A stretch of 62,690 nucleotides of DNA, the filler included, from Actinomycetota bacterium (GTDB taxonomy: Bacteria; Actinomycetota; CADDZG01; JAHWKV01; JAOPZY01): the NCBI GenBank assembly GCA_025963875.1. It is 5 parts of 5 records of this genome, joined end to end, with 100 filler letters (N's around TTAATTAATTAA, not from the genome) between each part and the next. Parts side by side here need not be neighbours in the genome. Positions count along the whole stretch, not along the records: positions 30,071 to 44,702 come from JAOPZY010000057.1; 4 more parts are not named here. One strand, written 5' to 3'. The position numbers and the translations under genes are program-made. The first letter of the stretch is position 1; each line of letters begins with the position of its first letter. Under the pieces are notes generated by a model, which was given only the letters and a program-made list of their open reading frames with translations, was not told the origin of the DNA and did not search any database. Shown in pieces: positions 30,072-38,904 of the stretch.

Positions 30072-30224
30072 TTCATCCTTCCGGGGCTCCAGACGCCTCC
30101 CGTGATCACCTTCTCGGGCTATCCGTTCTCCCAATGCGTCCAGGGCGTCAAGGTGGTGCCCGGGAAGGCGACGATCACGTGCTCGAAGGCACACCCCCGA
30201 ACGGGTCTCTTCCCCCACTCCTGA
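30072..30224 (+). CDS. 3' fragment of an unknown gene
   Basis: Open GC3-rich frame FILPGLQTPP...GLFPHS* running from the contig edge. Confidence 0.5.
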   Translation, partial: FILPGLQTPPVITFSGYPFSQCVQGVKVVPGKATITCSKAHPRTGLFPHS

Positions 30225-30353
30225 CACCAATTGGGCCGACCCTCCCCAATGGTGAGAAGACTCTAATAGGGATTCGGGGCGATTGCTGCCGACAATGTAG
30301 TTTGAACATGCAAAAGTAATCAGCAGATTCGGTCATCTCCGTGGGGGGGAATT

Positions 30354-31043
30354 TTGAAGGTTCTCATCGTCAACGAGAACACACTCGTGTCGCAGGCCAT
30401 GCGCGCCATTCTGGAGTCGCATGACTTCGAGGTTTCGCTGTCCGCGTACACCCTGCAGGCTCGAGGCGAGCAGCCCGGCACGCCTGCCTCCGGCCGTCCC
30501 GACGTCGCCCTGGTGGATATCCGCGTGCCCGACTCCGGGGGGATCGAGGCGGGGAGGCGGATCATCCGGGATCACCCGCTGGCCAAGGTCCTTGCCTTGA
30601 CCGCCCAGGAGGACGCCGGCGCCCTTGCCGCCGCCTCCCAGGCCGGGTTCCACGGTTGGGTGCTGAAGGACGGGTCGGTCTCGCAACTCGTCGGCTCGAT
30701 CCGGGGCGTCCTCGAGGGGCGCATCGCCCAGCCGCTGCGGGGCACCCGGCGTCCGGGCACGTTGCAGTCCCCGGAGGAGCGCGACGCGGCGCTCCTCGCC
30801 CAGCACCTCACCCGGCGCGAGCGGGAAGTGCTGAGCCTGCTCGTCGAGGGCGAGACCAGCCAGTCGATCTCGCACTCGTTGTCGCTGAGCCCGCACACCG
30901 TCCGCACCCACATCCAGAACATCCTCACCAAGCTCGGTGTGCACTCCCGCTTCGAGGCCGCCTCGTTCGCGGTCCGCTTCGAGCTCGCCTTGGAGCCGGC
31001 CCGCCCGCCGGCGGACGCCGCGGGGGGCGACGGGGCCGCCTGA
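30354..31043 (+). CDS. NarL/LuxR family response regulator
   Basis: Receiver PDVALVD..LTA..LK; HTH LTRREREVL..SPHTVRTHIQNILTKLGV. Confidence 0.9.
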   Translation: MKVLIVNENTLVSQAMRAILESHDFEVSLSAYTLQARGEQPGTPASGRPDVALVDIRVPDSGGIEAGRRIIRDHPLAKVLALTAQEDAGALAAASQAGFHGWVLKDGSVSQLVGSIRGVLEGRIAQPLRGTRRPGTLQSPEERDAALLAQHLTRREREVLSLLVEGETSQSISHSLSLSPHTVRTHIQNILTKLGVHSRFEAASFAVRFELALEPARPPADAAGGDGAA

Positions 31044-31047
31044 GCAA

Positions 31048-31491
31048 TCAGGACCTGATCTGCAGCCACCCTCGCATCCCGTAGGCGTAGTGGCCCGGTA
31101 GGTGGCAGGCGTAGGTGAGGGACGGCTGCGCCGGGTGCGGGGGAAACGTCACCACCGTCGAGACCGTCGTGCCGGCCGGGGCCGAGACCATGCCGGGAAT
31201 CGACCCGTCGTGGATGCGATCGGTCCCGGCTTCCTCCCTGTCCTGGACCGACTGGTCGCCCAGGATGAACTCGTGGTCGATGGGGTCCGAATTCGTGATC
31301 GTGAACCGCACCGTCTCACCGGCAGCAACGCCGAGTCTCGCCGGGGAGAAGTGCGAGTAATGGATCGTGACGGCAACCGTCCGCACCGCCGGCGCCCCGC
31401 CTGCAGAGGAGCACCCCTGCAGGGAGACCGCCGCCACCAGTGCCAGCCCCAAGAGCCCGGCGGCGGACCGGCCGTGCCGGTGCGCCGTCAT
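31048..31491 (-). CDS. Cupredoxin/plastocyanin-like lipoprotein
   Basis: Lipobox LQGC, HEF and CHLPGHYAYGM type-1 copper ligands. Confidence 0.87.
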   Translation of the reverse strand: MTAHRHGRSAAGLLGLALVAAVSLQGCSSAGGAPAVRTVAVTIHYSHFSPARLGVAAGETVRFTITNSDPIDHEFILGDQSVQDREEAGTDRIHDGSIPGMVSAPAGTTVSTVVTFPPHPAQPSLTYACHLPGHYAYGMRGWLQIRS

Positions 31492-32600
31492 GCCTCGGCG
31501 TGCCGGCGGAAGGTCCAGGCCCACGACCCAACCAGCGCCACCACACCGGTCGCCGTTGCCGCCCAGATCCAGGCGTCCCGTGACCCCGCCGGGGCCAGAG
31601 GATGACCCGGCGCCTTGAGGGGCGCCTCTGGAGCCGGCGCGACACCGTCGGGCAGCCCCGCCGCCACGGGTGAGGGCGCCCCTGCCCCCGAGGCGTCCAC
31701 CGCCAGGTCGTAGTGCAGGTTGACGGCTGGCGTGTTGACCTGCAGGTAGCTCAGCCACATCCCGGTCTGCGGGATCCAGCCCATGCCCTGGTCCGACCGG
31801 AGGTCGCTGATGAGGCTCGCGGAGCTCTGCTGGCTCCGGGAGAGGACGAGGCCGCTGGTCGAGGTCTGGTCGGATCCGATGGCGGCCGGAGCCGGCAGCA
31901 TCGAGGGCTTCTGATCGGTCAGCAGGAACACGTCGGCCTGGATGAACTCGGCTGGCTGCTTGCCGAGGCCGAGGATCGCCAGGGGCACCCACGGGTTGGA
32001 GGTCGGGATGGAGAGATGGATCGGCGTCACGCCGCCCTGGCGCTGTCCCTGCGCCGCGGCCGCCGCGGCGTCGAACTTGGCGGCGAGGAAGATGGGGGAG
32101 CGGTTGGCGTAGAAGTCGAGCAGTGCCGGGGCGTCGGGGGGCAGCGAGAAGCCGTTGTCCTTCGCCCACGTGCCCACCGACGTTCCGGCACCTTTCAGGA
32201 CCGTGAGGTCGAGCGCGTCCACACGGACCTGCTGGAGCACCTCCGCGGGGGCGGCGGCGGTCGCGACGGCAGCCTTGTCGAAGAACCCGGGCCGGGGCGC
32301 GGGCGGCGTGACCTCCTTGACGAGGCGCTGCAGGGTCCAGTTGCCGCCCTTCTCCACCTTGGTCGGAACGCCGGGCAGCGGGATGATGGAGCCGAAGTTG
32401 CCGGTACCGCCGGTGAAGCTGAAGCCGGTCACGTAGTGCTCGATGCCATCGTGGTAGCCGGCGAGCGTCGTCGTCTTGACCAGGCTCACGCCGCCGTTCG
32501 GGCCGATGAGCCCGCCGCACGCGAGGGCCGGTCCCGCCCCGATGAGGACAAACACGAAGCACATCGCCCCGCTGAGCCCGAGCAGGAAACTCCGTCGCAT
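31488..32600 (-). CDS. Secreted DUF2330-like protein with a C-terminal membrane anchor
   Basis: Signal peptide ending ALACGG, FGSIIPLPGVP, W..DNGF..Y..FLAAK and a C-terminal TM segment. Confidence 0.7.
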   Translation of the reverse strand: MRRSFLLGLSGAMCFVFVLIGAGPALACGGLIGPNGGVSLVKTTTLAGYHDGIEHYVTGFSFTGGTGNFGSIIPLPGVPTKVEKGGNWTLQRLVKEVTPPAPRPGFFDKAAVATAAAPAEVLQQVRVDALDLTVLKGAGTSVGTWAKDNGFSLPPDAPALLDFYANRSPIFLAAKFDAAAAAAQGQRQGGVTPIHLSIPTSNPWVPLAILGLGKQPAEFIQADVFLLTDQKPSMLPAPAAIGSDQTSTSGLVLSRSQQSSASLISDLRSDQGMGWIPQTGMWLSYLQVNTPAVNLHYDLAVDASGAGAPSPVAAGLPDGVAPAPEAPLKAPGHPLAPAGSRDAWIWAATATGVVALVGSWAWTFRRHAEA

Positions 32601-32795
32601 AGCGCCGCCTCGCTTTCGTCGTCGTCGATATGACGACGGCTTAGACGAGTGGCTGCCGGGCGGAAGTTCCCGTTCAAAACAGGTTTGTTTGTCCGCTGCG
32701 GCCTAGGCGGAATGCACTCAAGACTTTTAGCGAGCGTTGGAGATCAAGGGCGATCGGATGACCCTTTGGAGAGCGCCCATAAGACACTGCCGACC

Positions 32796-33060
32796 GTGGC
32801 TGCCATCCCCAGACCCCGAGGGCCGTCACCATCGATTGCTGGTCGACGCTGCTCCGGGACCTCGATTCCGGCGGCGCGCTGCGCAAACGCGGTGCGGCGC
32901 TGGCGGGCTTGGCCGCGCGGCTGGGCCGGAAGATCGCTATGGAGCTGATCGACCGCTCCTGGGCGCTCCATCTCGACGAGTGGCGGGGCGGAAGGACCCT
33001 TCAGGCCGGATGGGGCTGCCCGCTGGTGCCTTGACGAGCTCATGGACTGCGCGGGGGCCT
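32796..33060 (+). pseudogene. Frameshifted, truncated HAD-superfamily hydrolase remnant
   Basis: PRAVTIDCWSTLL resembles HAD motif I; the frame changes near 32815 and 33000; no C-terminal domain. Confidence 0.45.
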
Positions 33061-33141
33061 TCCACCCCATCTTGACTCCCGGCAGCAAGACCGGCATAGT
33101 CCATGTGTGACCGGCATCCCCTGAGTGAAGGAGGGCTGGCA

Positions 33142-33363
33142 ATGAAGCTCGTCGAGATAGCGGCGTCGACCTGTGGAGGAGGCCCGAGCTGTCCCACCGT
33201 GCATGCCACGGACCGCGGCACCATCGCCGTGCAGGGCTACGTCATCGATGACCCCGAGGCCCTTTCGGTGCTCGAACTGCCCCCGGGCGAGGGAGTCGTC
33301 GAGATCCCTGTTGCCCTCCTACTGGCCAGCGCCGCCTCAGTTTCTCGGCAGGTTCCACAGTGA
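33142..33363 (+). CDS. Small Cys-motif protein of actinobacterial XRE/DUF6879 modules
   Basis: CGGGPSCPTV..TDRGT..VQGY..GEGVVEIP; AAGGAGG SD; overlaps the next gene. Confidence 0.8.
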   Translation: MKLVEIAASTCGGGPSCPTVHATDRGTIAVQGYVIDDPEALSVLELPPGEGVVEIPVALLLASAASVSRQVPQ

Positions 33364-33896
33364 CTGTCGACGACCTCCTGGACCTCTGTCGCTCCTTCGA
33401 GCGATCGGCATTTCGGCTCGAGACGCTCGACCGGTACAGCGTGAGCGAGGAGGACGAGGACAACCAGCGGTGGAGCCGCGGAGAGGCTCCACCGCCGATC
33501 GACGGGCATCCGTGGTTCGACGGCGTCATCCGGGCAGGGACGTCGGCTGGCAAACGTTGGGAACGGACGCACGTGCTCCGGCTGCCCCTCACCGACTACC
33601 TCCGTTTCGAGCTGGAGTACGAGTACGCCCGTCTCGAGCAGGCGGGTGACCACTGCCACATTCTCGAAGTTCCTGATGGCTATCCTCTGCCCGTGCCCGC
33701 CGTCGACTTCTGGCTGTTCGACGACACCCTGGCCGTCCGGATGGATTACGACTCGGATGGCCACCTTTTGGCATGCGAGCAGATCACCGACGCTGCCACG
33801 GTGGGCGAGTTTCTTCGGACTCGTGACACGGCGCTGTCCCTGGCCATACCCTTTCCCACGTGGCTGACGGAGGCGGAGGAGGCGGGGCGCCTGTAG
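33360..33896 (+). CDS. DUF6879-like protein
   Basis: SAFRLETLDRY, PLTDYLRFE and DFWLFDD. Confidence 0.8.
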   Translation: MTVDDLLDLCRSFERSAFRLETLDRYSVSEEDEDNQRWSRGEAPPPIDGHPWFDGVIRAGTSAGKRWERTHVLRLPLTDYLRFELEYEYARLEQAGDHCHILEVPDGYPLPVPAVDFWLFDDTLAVRMDYDSDGHLLACEQITDAATVGEFLRTRDTALSLAIPFPTWLTEAEEAGRL

Positions 33897-33898
33897 CC

Positions 33899-34726
33899 GT
33901 GCCGGAGGGAGGGGACCTCGGTCAGGCTCTACGCATCCTTCGAGCAGACAAGGGCCTGACTGCCGCCGAGCTCGCGGAACGGGTGGGCGTCACGCAGACG
34001 GCCATCTCCCGGTATGAGCTAGGAACACGACGGCCCTCCCATGAGACGCTGGAGAGGATCGCCGATGCTCTCGGCGCCTCGAAGCGCGTGAAACAGAAGC
34101 TCGTGGACCAGCTCCACGGCGAGCAGATCGAGCTACAGAGCATCCGGGCCATCGCGCGACGCGGCCTGCGCCGGCGTCAGGAGGAGATCGCACGCGTCGA
34201 AGCGAAGACCAGGCACCTTCGCAACTTCCAGGCTGCGGTCATCCCTGGCCTCCTGCAGACGCCGGGTTACGCCCGGAGGATGTTCGAAGAAGTCGGTCTC
34301 GATACGCACACCCAGGATGTGGGCCGGGCCCTTGCGGTGCGCCTCGACCGTCAGGCGATCCTCCACGATCCCAAGCGGCGCTTCGGATTCGTGATCACGG
34401 AGGCCGTGCTGCTCTGGCCCCGGGAGGGGGTTCCCGAGATGCTGGCTCAGCTCGACCGGCTCCAGGTGGTCTCGGAGCTCCCGACCGTGGACCTTGCCAT
34501 CCTTCCCCTGGGGATCACGCCCCCGTACAGTCCTATCAACTCCTTCGACATCTACGACGACAAGCTGGTGCTGATCGAGACTCTCACCGAGCAGCTTGCC
34601 GTCCGGGACTCTTCGGATGTCGCCTCGTATGTCGGGGCATACGAGGCCTTCCGGCAGTCGGCGCTCTCGGGACCCGACGCCCGAAGGCTGTTCGAATCGG
34701 TAGCCGCCCGCCTGCGAGGGCTCTGA
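33899..34726 (+). CDS. XRE-family HTH regulator with a DUF5753 domain
   Basis: LRADKGLTAAELAERVGVTQTAISRYELG; IPGLLQTPGYA and FVITEAVL. Confidence 0.9.
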   Translation: MPEGGDLGQALRILRADKGLTAAELAERVGVTQTAISRYELGTRRPSHETLERIADALGASKRVKQKLVDQLHGEQIELQSIRAIARRGLRRRQEEIARVEAKTRHLRNFQAAVIPGLLQTPGYARRMFEEVGLDTHTQDVGRALAVRLDRQAILHDPKRRFGFVITEAVLLWPREGVPEMLAQLDRLQVVSELPTVDLAILPLGITPPYSPINSFDIYDDKLVLIETLTEQLAVRDSSDVASYVGAYEAFRQSALSGPDARRLFESVAARLRGL

Positions 34727-34783
34727 GAGAGTGCCCATGTCACTGGCCCAGACCATCCCATGCCACTCTGGACCTGCGTTACT

Positions 34784-34810
34784 GGTATCAACCGGTATAT
34801 TGCGGTATAG
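34784..34810 (+). promoter_or_regulatory. Three GGTAT direct repeats at 10-bp period overlapping a TATAGT -10-like box
   Basis: GGTAT at 34784, 34794 and 34804 in an AT-rich patch upstream of the small ORF. Confidence 0.45.
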
Positions 34811-34882
34811 TTGGCTCTCAGTTCGTCCCCACAGCTCATCCAGGGAACAGTCGTCCGTTGTCCACAGCAAGGAGGCAGTCAG

Positions 34883-35092
34883 ATGCCCTTTTCGAGATTT
34901 GCCGGAGGCGATCAGCTCGCAGACCCCGACCTCCACGAGCACGGCCGTCCGTTTACCGCCTTGAAGAGAGGCACTACCAAGTGCTGCTCCACGGGCACCT
35001 GCGATTACGCACCCTCCCGGACCGTCCCTGCGGAACGCACTGATCCAAGGGACCCTGCGCTCCTCGCCAGGGCGCTTGGCAGCCTCGGTTAG
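34883..35092 (+). CDS. Putative RiPP precursor peptide (69 aa, internal TTKCCSTGTC core)
   Basis: AAGGAGG SD at 34869-34875; stop lies 4 nt before the GNAT start; Thr/Ser/Cys cluster; upstream of a LanM-type dehydratase. Confidence 0.65.
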   Translation: MPFSRFAGGDQLADPDLHEHGRPFTALKRGTTKCCSTGTCDYAPSRTVPAERTDPRDPALLARALGSLG

Positions 35093-35096
35093 CGGC

Positions 35097-35561
35097 ATGG
35101 ACCGCGATTCCGGACGGCCAGTTGGGGTGACCACTGCCGCCAATTCGCGAGAGCGGCCCTTCCTCGTGGTGGTCGGGAAGAGGCCCGAGGCAGCAGACGT
35201 CATCGCACTCTACGACGCCGTTGGCTGGGGTGAGGCTGACGACTACGACGAGGACAGCATTCGATCTGCGCTCGCCAATACCTTGTGCATCATTCATGCG
35301 ACGGATCCCGACGGGAGGCTCATCGGTTTCGCCAGGCTCTTCGGCGACGGCATCTTCCACACGTCGCTCGCAGAGATCGTCGTGCATCCCAACTGGCAAC
35401 GGAAGGGAGTTGGAGCCGCATTGCTCGCCGAGGCTTGTGAGCTGTGCGCCGGTACCTCGATCTTCCTGGAGACGTTCCGGGGCCAGGAGCCCTTCTTCGA
35501 GAGCTGCGGCTTCTCCGTCAAGAGCCATATGGTCGTCATGTCGCGGCGCCGACAAAGCTGA
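35097..35561 (+). CDS. GNAT family N-acyltransferase
   Basis: LIGFARL, VVHPNWQRKGVG (motif A) and FFESCGF. Confidence 0.9.
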   Translation: MDRDSGRPVGVTTAANSRERPFLVVVGKRPEAADVIALYDAVGWGEADDYDEDSIRSALANTLCIIHATDPDGRLIGFARLFGDGIFHTSLAEIVVHPNWQRKGVGAALLAEACELCAGTSIFLETFRGQEPFFESCGFSVKSHMVVMSRRRQS

Positions 35562-35588
35562 GATCCCGAAGCGGCCACGTCACGGAGA

Positions 35589-37139
35589 ATGGTCGTCCCG
35601 GATGCCTACAGAGCTCAACTGTACTTTCGCCGGTTACGGCTCGGCATCCAGGACGTAGCCACAACCCTGACCGAGCTGGGTCTCGGGCCACAGGAGGTCG
35701 ATACCTCCATCGAAGGCCTTGAGCGTCGGCTGGCCGCCGAACTGGATTCCATCATTCTTCCCACCGTCGCATTCGAGCTTGCGATCGCCAGGCAGTTGGT
35801 CCTCCTGAGGGGAAAGACCCCCGGCCAGAGGTACGAGTCGTTCTTCGTGAGCGATCGCGGCTGGCAGCCTTGGGTCCGCTCGATCCTGCTCCGGTACCGG
35901 TTTCTGGACGAGGCCATCGGTTCGTACGTCACCACGACAGTCGCTGCCGTCCAGGAAGCCCTGGAGAGGTTGCGCCGAGACCTCGGCGGCATTCGACGGA
36001 CCCTTCTGAGAAGCAATGAGCACCGATTGATCGGCGTTGGTGTGGCAGAGGGAGCGGATCGCCACAGGGACGGGCGGCGAGTGCTGTGGTTTAGATTCAA
36101 TCGGGGAGCGACGGTGGTGTACAAGCCGATCGACCTCGGCACCTACCTTCTCTTCGATCGCTTCGTCCGATGGCTCGATCTCGACGCTGAACACGCCTGC
36201 TATCTCCCGCGTGTCCTTCCCAGGGATGGCTACGGGTGGATGGAGTTTGTTCCGCATGTCGGTTGCCGGAGTAATGCCGACATCAAGGCGTTCTTCCTTC
36301 GAGCCGGCATCCTCCTCGCCGCTGCAGAGTCACTCAATCTTGCCGACGCCCACGCCGGCAATCTCGTGGCGAGGGGCCCCTTCCCGGTCATCGTCGATCA
36401 GGAGGCTCTGCTGCATAACCACTCCCTGGCTTCCGCACAAGACCAGCCGGATATCTTCACCACGCTCATCGTGCAGCATCTACCACCGGAGGGTTCGCCC
36501 TTCGGCGTCGCGGCCGGCCTCATGTGCCCTCCAGTTCCTCAGCTCAACCGGTTCGCCGCCGTCGCCGATGACGAGAGGACCGATACGCTCTCCGTACGCT
36601 TCGGGCGCCCCAGCCAGAGAGGTCCAGTCCATCTCCCCAGGCTGGGCAACGAACACGTGACGGTCCACGATTATGTCGATGACGTTGTTGCGGGGTACAG
36701 GACCGGCTACGAGATCATCTCGGATGGACTGCGCACGGAGCAGGGACCAGCGGGGTGGCCACGGGCCGCTGCCCAGGTTCGGCCCCGCATCATCGTGCGA
36801 TCCACCATGTACTACGCCCACCTGATGTGCCTACTGGAACAGCCGGAGATACTGACCTCCCGGCAGAACGCCGAGGCAACGCTGCGAACGCAGCTGTCCC
36901 AGACGGGCAAATACTGGGAATGGGAGATTCCGGCCCTGCTGCACCATGACATCCCGTATTTCTTTCACGCGCCAGGTGAACGACATCTCTACGGATCGGC
37001 CTCTGAACGGGAGGAGAACCTGTTTCCCGTCTCCGCCATCGAGTATCTGAAAAGTCGTTGGAGGCGACGTTCCCGGACCCGTCGAGACGACAACTGCGAC
37101 CTGTTGCGGGAGCTTCTTCCGCTCAGCCCACGGCCATGA
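35589..37139 (+). CDS. Stand-alone LanM-type dehydratase domain (DUF4135), no cyclase domain
   Basis: DRH, VVYKP, YGWMEFV, DAHAGN, DQE, RIIVRST and DIPYF; ends at 516 aa. Confidence 0.87.
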   Translation: MVVPDAYRAQLYFRRLRLGIQDVATTLTELGLGPQEVDTSIEGLERRLAAELDSIILPTVAFELAIARQLVLLRGKTPGQRYESFFVSDRGWQPWVRSILLRYRFLDEAIGSYVTTTVAAVQEALERLRRDLGGIRRTLLRSNEHRLIGVGVAEGADRHRDGRRVLWFRFNRGATVVYKPIDLGTYLLFDRFVRWLDLDAEHACYLPRVLPRDGYGWMEFVPHVGCRSNADIKAFFLRAGILLAAAESLNLADAHAGNLVARGPFPVIVDQEALLHNHSLASAQDQPDIFTTLIVQHLPPEGSPFGVAAGLMCPPVPQLNRFAAVADDERTDTLSVRFGRPSQRGPVHLPRLGNEHVTVHDYVDDVVAGYRTGYEIISDGLRTEQGPAGWPRAAAQVRPRIIVRSTMYYAHLMCLLEQPEILTSRQNAEATLRTQLSQTGKYWEWEIPALLHHDIPYFFHAPGERHLYGSASEREENLFPVSAIEYLKSRWRRRSRTRRDDNCDLLRELLPLSPRP

Positions 37140-37213
37140 ACTTCTTTGAACTTCTTTGTGCGCTGAGGCGGTTATCAACCGCGGTAAACAATGTTGATCC
37201 GAAAGGCGCCCAC

Positions 37214-37789
37214 TCAGGCGGCGCTCAGGCCCTCGCCGGTGAGGCGCCACGATTGCCCGCACAGGCAGGCCAGGGTCTCCCCCAGGCGCTCGCCGCAGGT
37301 GCAGACCCAGCCGAGGAACCGGGCCGGGTTGCCAGCAACGAGGGCGTGCGGCGCGACATCGCGAGCCACGACCGCGCCGGCCGCCACGAAGGCGTACGCA
37401 CCGATGGTCACGCCGCACACGACGGTGGCGTTCGCCCCGATGGTGGCGCCACGGCGGACCAGGGTCGGCAGCCATCCCTCCGGACCCCGCTTGATGGCCG
37501 CACGGGGCCGGAGGTCGTTGGTGAAGATGGCGTTGGGGCCGACGAAGACGTCGTCCTCGATCGTCACCTTGTTCCAGACCAGCACCGCGTTCTTGATCGT
37601 GACGCCCGAGCCGATCACTGCGCCACCCTCGACGAAGGCGTGGTCGCAGATGTTGCAGTCCGATCCGATCACGGCCCCCGGCAGCACGTGGGCGAACGCC
37701 CAGATCCGCGTGCCCGACCCGACGCTGTCGCTCTCGCAGAGGCCCTGCGGGTGGACGAACACCGACGGGCCCGAGAGGTTGGCCGCCAT
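37214..37789 (-). CDS. Left-handed beta-helix sugar N-acetyltransferase (WbpD/FdtC-like)
   Basis: Hexapeptide repeats, FTNDLRPR, GATIGANAT and GNPAR. Confidence 0.9.
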   Translation of the reverse strand: MAANLSGPSVFVHPQGLCESDSVGSGTRIWAFAHVLPGAVIGSDCNICDHAFVEGGAVIGSGVTIKNAVLVWNKVTIEDDVFVGPNAIFTNDLRPRAAIKRGPEGWLPTLVRRGATIGANATVVCGVTIGAYAFVAAGAVVARDVAPHALVAGNPARFLGWVCTCGERLGETLACLCGQSWRLTGEGLSAA

Positions 37790-38904
37790 CAGGAGACCGC
37801 GGCGGTCACGACTCCCACCACGTGGTCGATCTGCTCCTCGCTCACGTGCGGGAACAGCGGAAGGGACAGCATGCTGTCCGCCGCCGCCTCTGCGACCGGG
37901 AAGTCACCCCGGCCGTGGCCGAGGCCCGCAAAGGCCCCCTGGAGATGGACGGGGACCGGGTAGTGGATGCCGGCTCCCACGCCGGCGGCGTGCAGGGCAG
38001 AGAGAACGCCGTCGCGCTGGGCGGCCCCTCCGGCGAAGCGCACGACGTAGAGGTGCCACACGTGGGTGTTGCCGGGCATCGTGGCCGGCAGCGTGATCCC
38101 CGCCACCCCGCCGAGCAGCTCTGAGTAGCGCTCCGCAGCGGCAGCCCTCGCCTTGTTCCATATGGCGAGGCGGGCCAGCTTGGCGGAGAGCACGACCGCC
38201 TGGAGGCTGTCGAGCCGGGAGTTGAAACCAAGCTCCGGATGCTGGTAGCGCGCGGTGCTCCCGTGGTTGCCGAGGGCACGGACTCGTGCTGCCACCTCGT
38301 CCGAGTCGGTGAGGACCGCCCCGCCGTCGCCGTAGGCCCCCAGGTTCTTGCCGGGGTAGAAGCTCGTCGCCGCGGCGATGCCGAGGCTGCCCGCCGCACG
38401 GCCGTGCCGGGTGGCGCCGTGGCTCTGGGCGTGGTCCTCGACCAGGGCGACCCCGAGGTTCTCGGCCATGGCCGCCAGGTCCTCCACTGGGGCGGCCTGC
38501 CCGAACAGGTGCACCGGGACGATGGCCTTGGTCTTCGGACCGATCCGTGCTGCCGCGGCGTGCGTGTCGATGAGCAGGAATGCCGGGTCGCAGTCGACGA
38601 GCACAGGGGTCGCCCCCGCCCGCGCCACCGCCTCAGCGGTGGCGATGAAGGTGTTGGCAGGCAGGATGACCTCGTCGCCCGGGCCCACGCCCACCGCACG
38701 GAGGGCAAGCTCGAGGGCGTCGGTGCCGTTCGCAACGCCGACGCAGTGCCGCACCTCGCTGAACTCGGCGAAGGCCTGCTCGAAGGCGGTGACCTGCGGG
38801 CCCTGGACGAATGCCCCGCTGGCGAGGAGCCCTGCGAAGCCGGACTCGACCTCGTCGGCGATCTCGGCATGCATGGAGGCCAGGTCCACCAAGGGGATCT
38901 TCAT
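37789..38904 (-). CDS. DegT/DnrJ/EryC1 sugar aminotransferase
   Basis: NGTDAL, PVHLFGQ, SFYPGKNLGAYGDGG and NSRLD. Confidence 0.93.
   Translation of the reverse strand: MKIPLVDLASMHAEIADEVESGFAGLLASGAFVQGPQVTAFEQAFAEFSEVRHCVGVANGTDALELALRAVGVGPGDEVILPANTFIATAEAVARAGATPVLVDCDPAFLLIDTHAAAARIGPKTKAIVPVHLFGQAAPVEDLAAMAENLGVALVEDHAQSHGATRHGRAAGSLGIAAATSFYPGKNLGAYGDGGAVLTDSDEVAARVRALGNHGSTARYQHPELGFNSRLDSLQAVVLSAKLARLAIWNKARAAAAERYSELLGGVAGITLPATMPGNTHVWHLYVVRFAGGAAQRDGVLSALHAAGVGAGIHYPVPVHLQGAFAGLGHGRGDFPVAEAAADSMLSLPLFPHVSEEQIDHVVGVVTAAVS

Noticed and set aside
37137..37190. Short direct repeat (tgaacttctt x2) and hairpin as the island's right boundary
   Set aside because: No matching sequence at the left boundary; consistent with a simple terminator region between convergent genes
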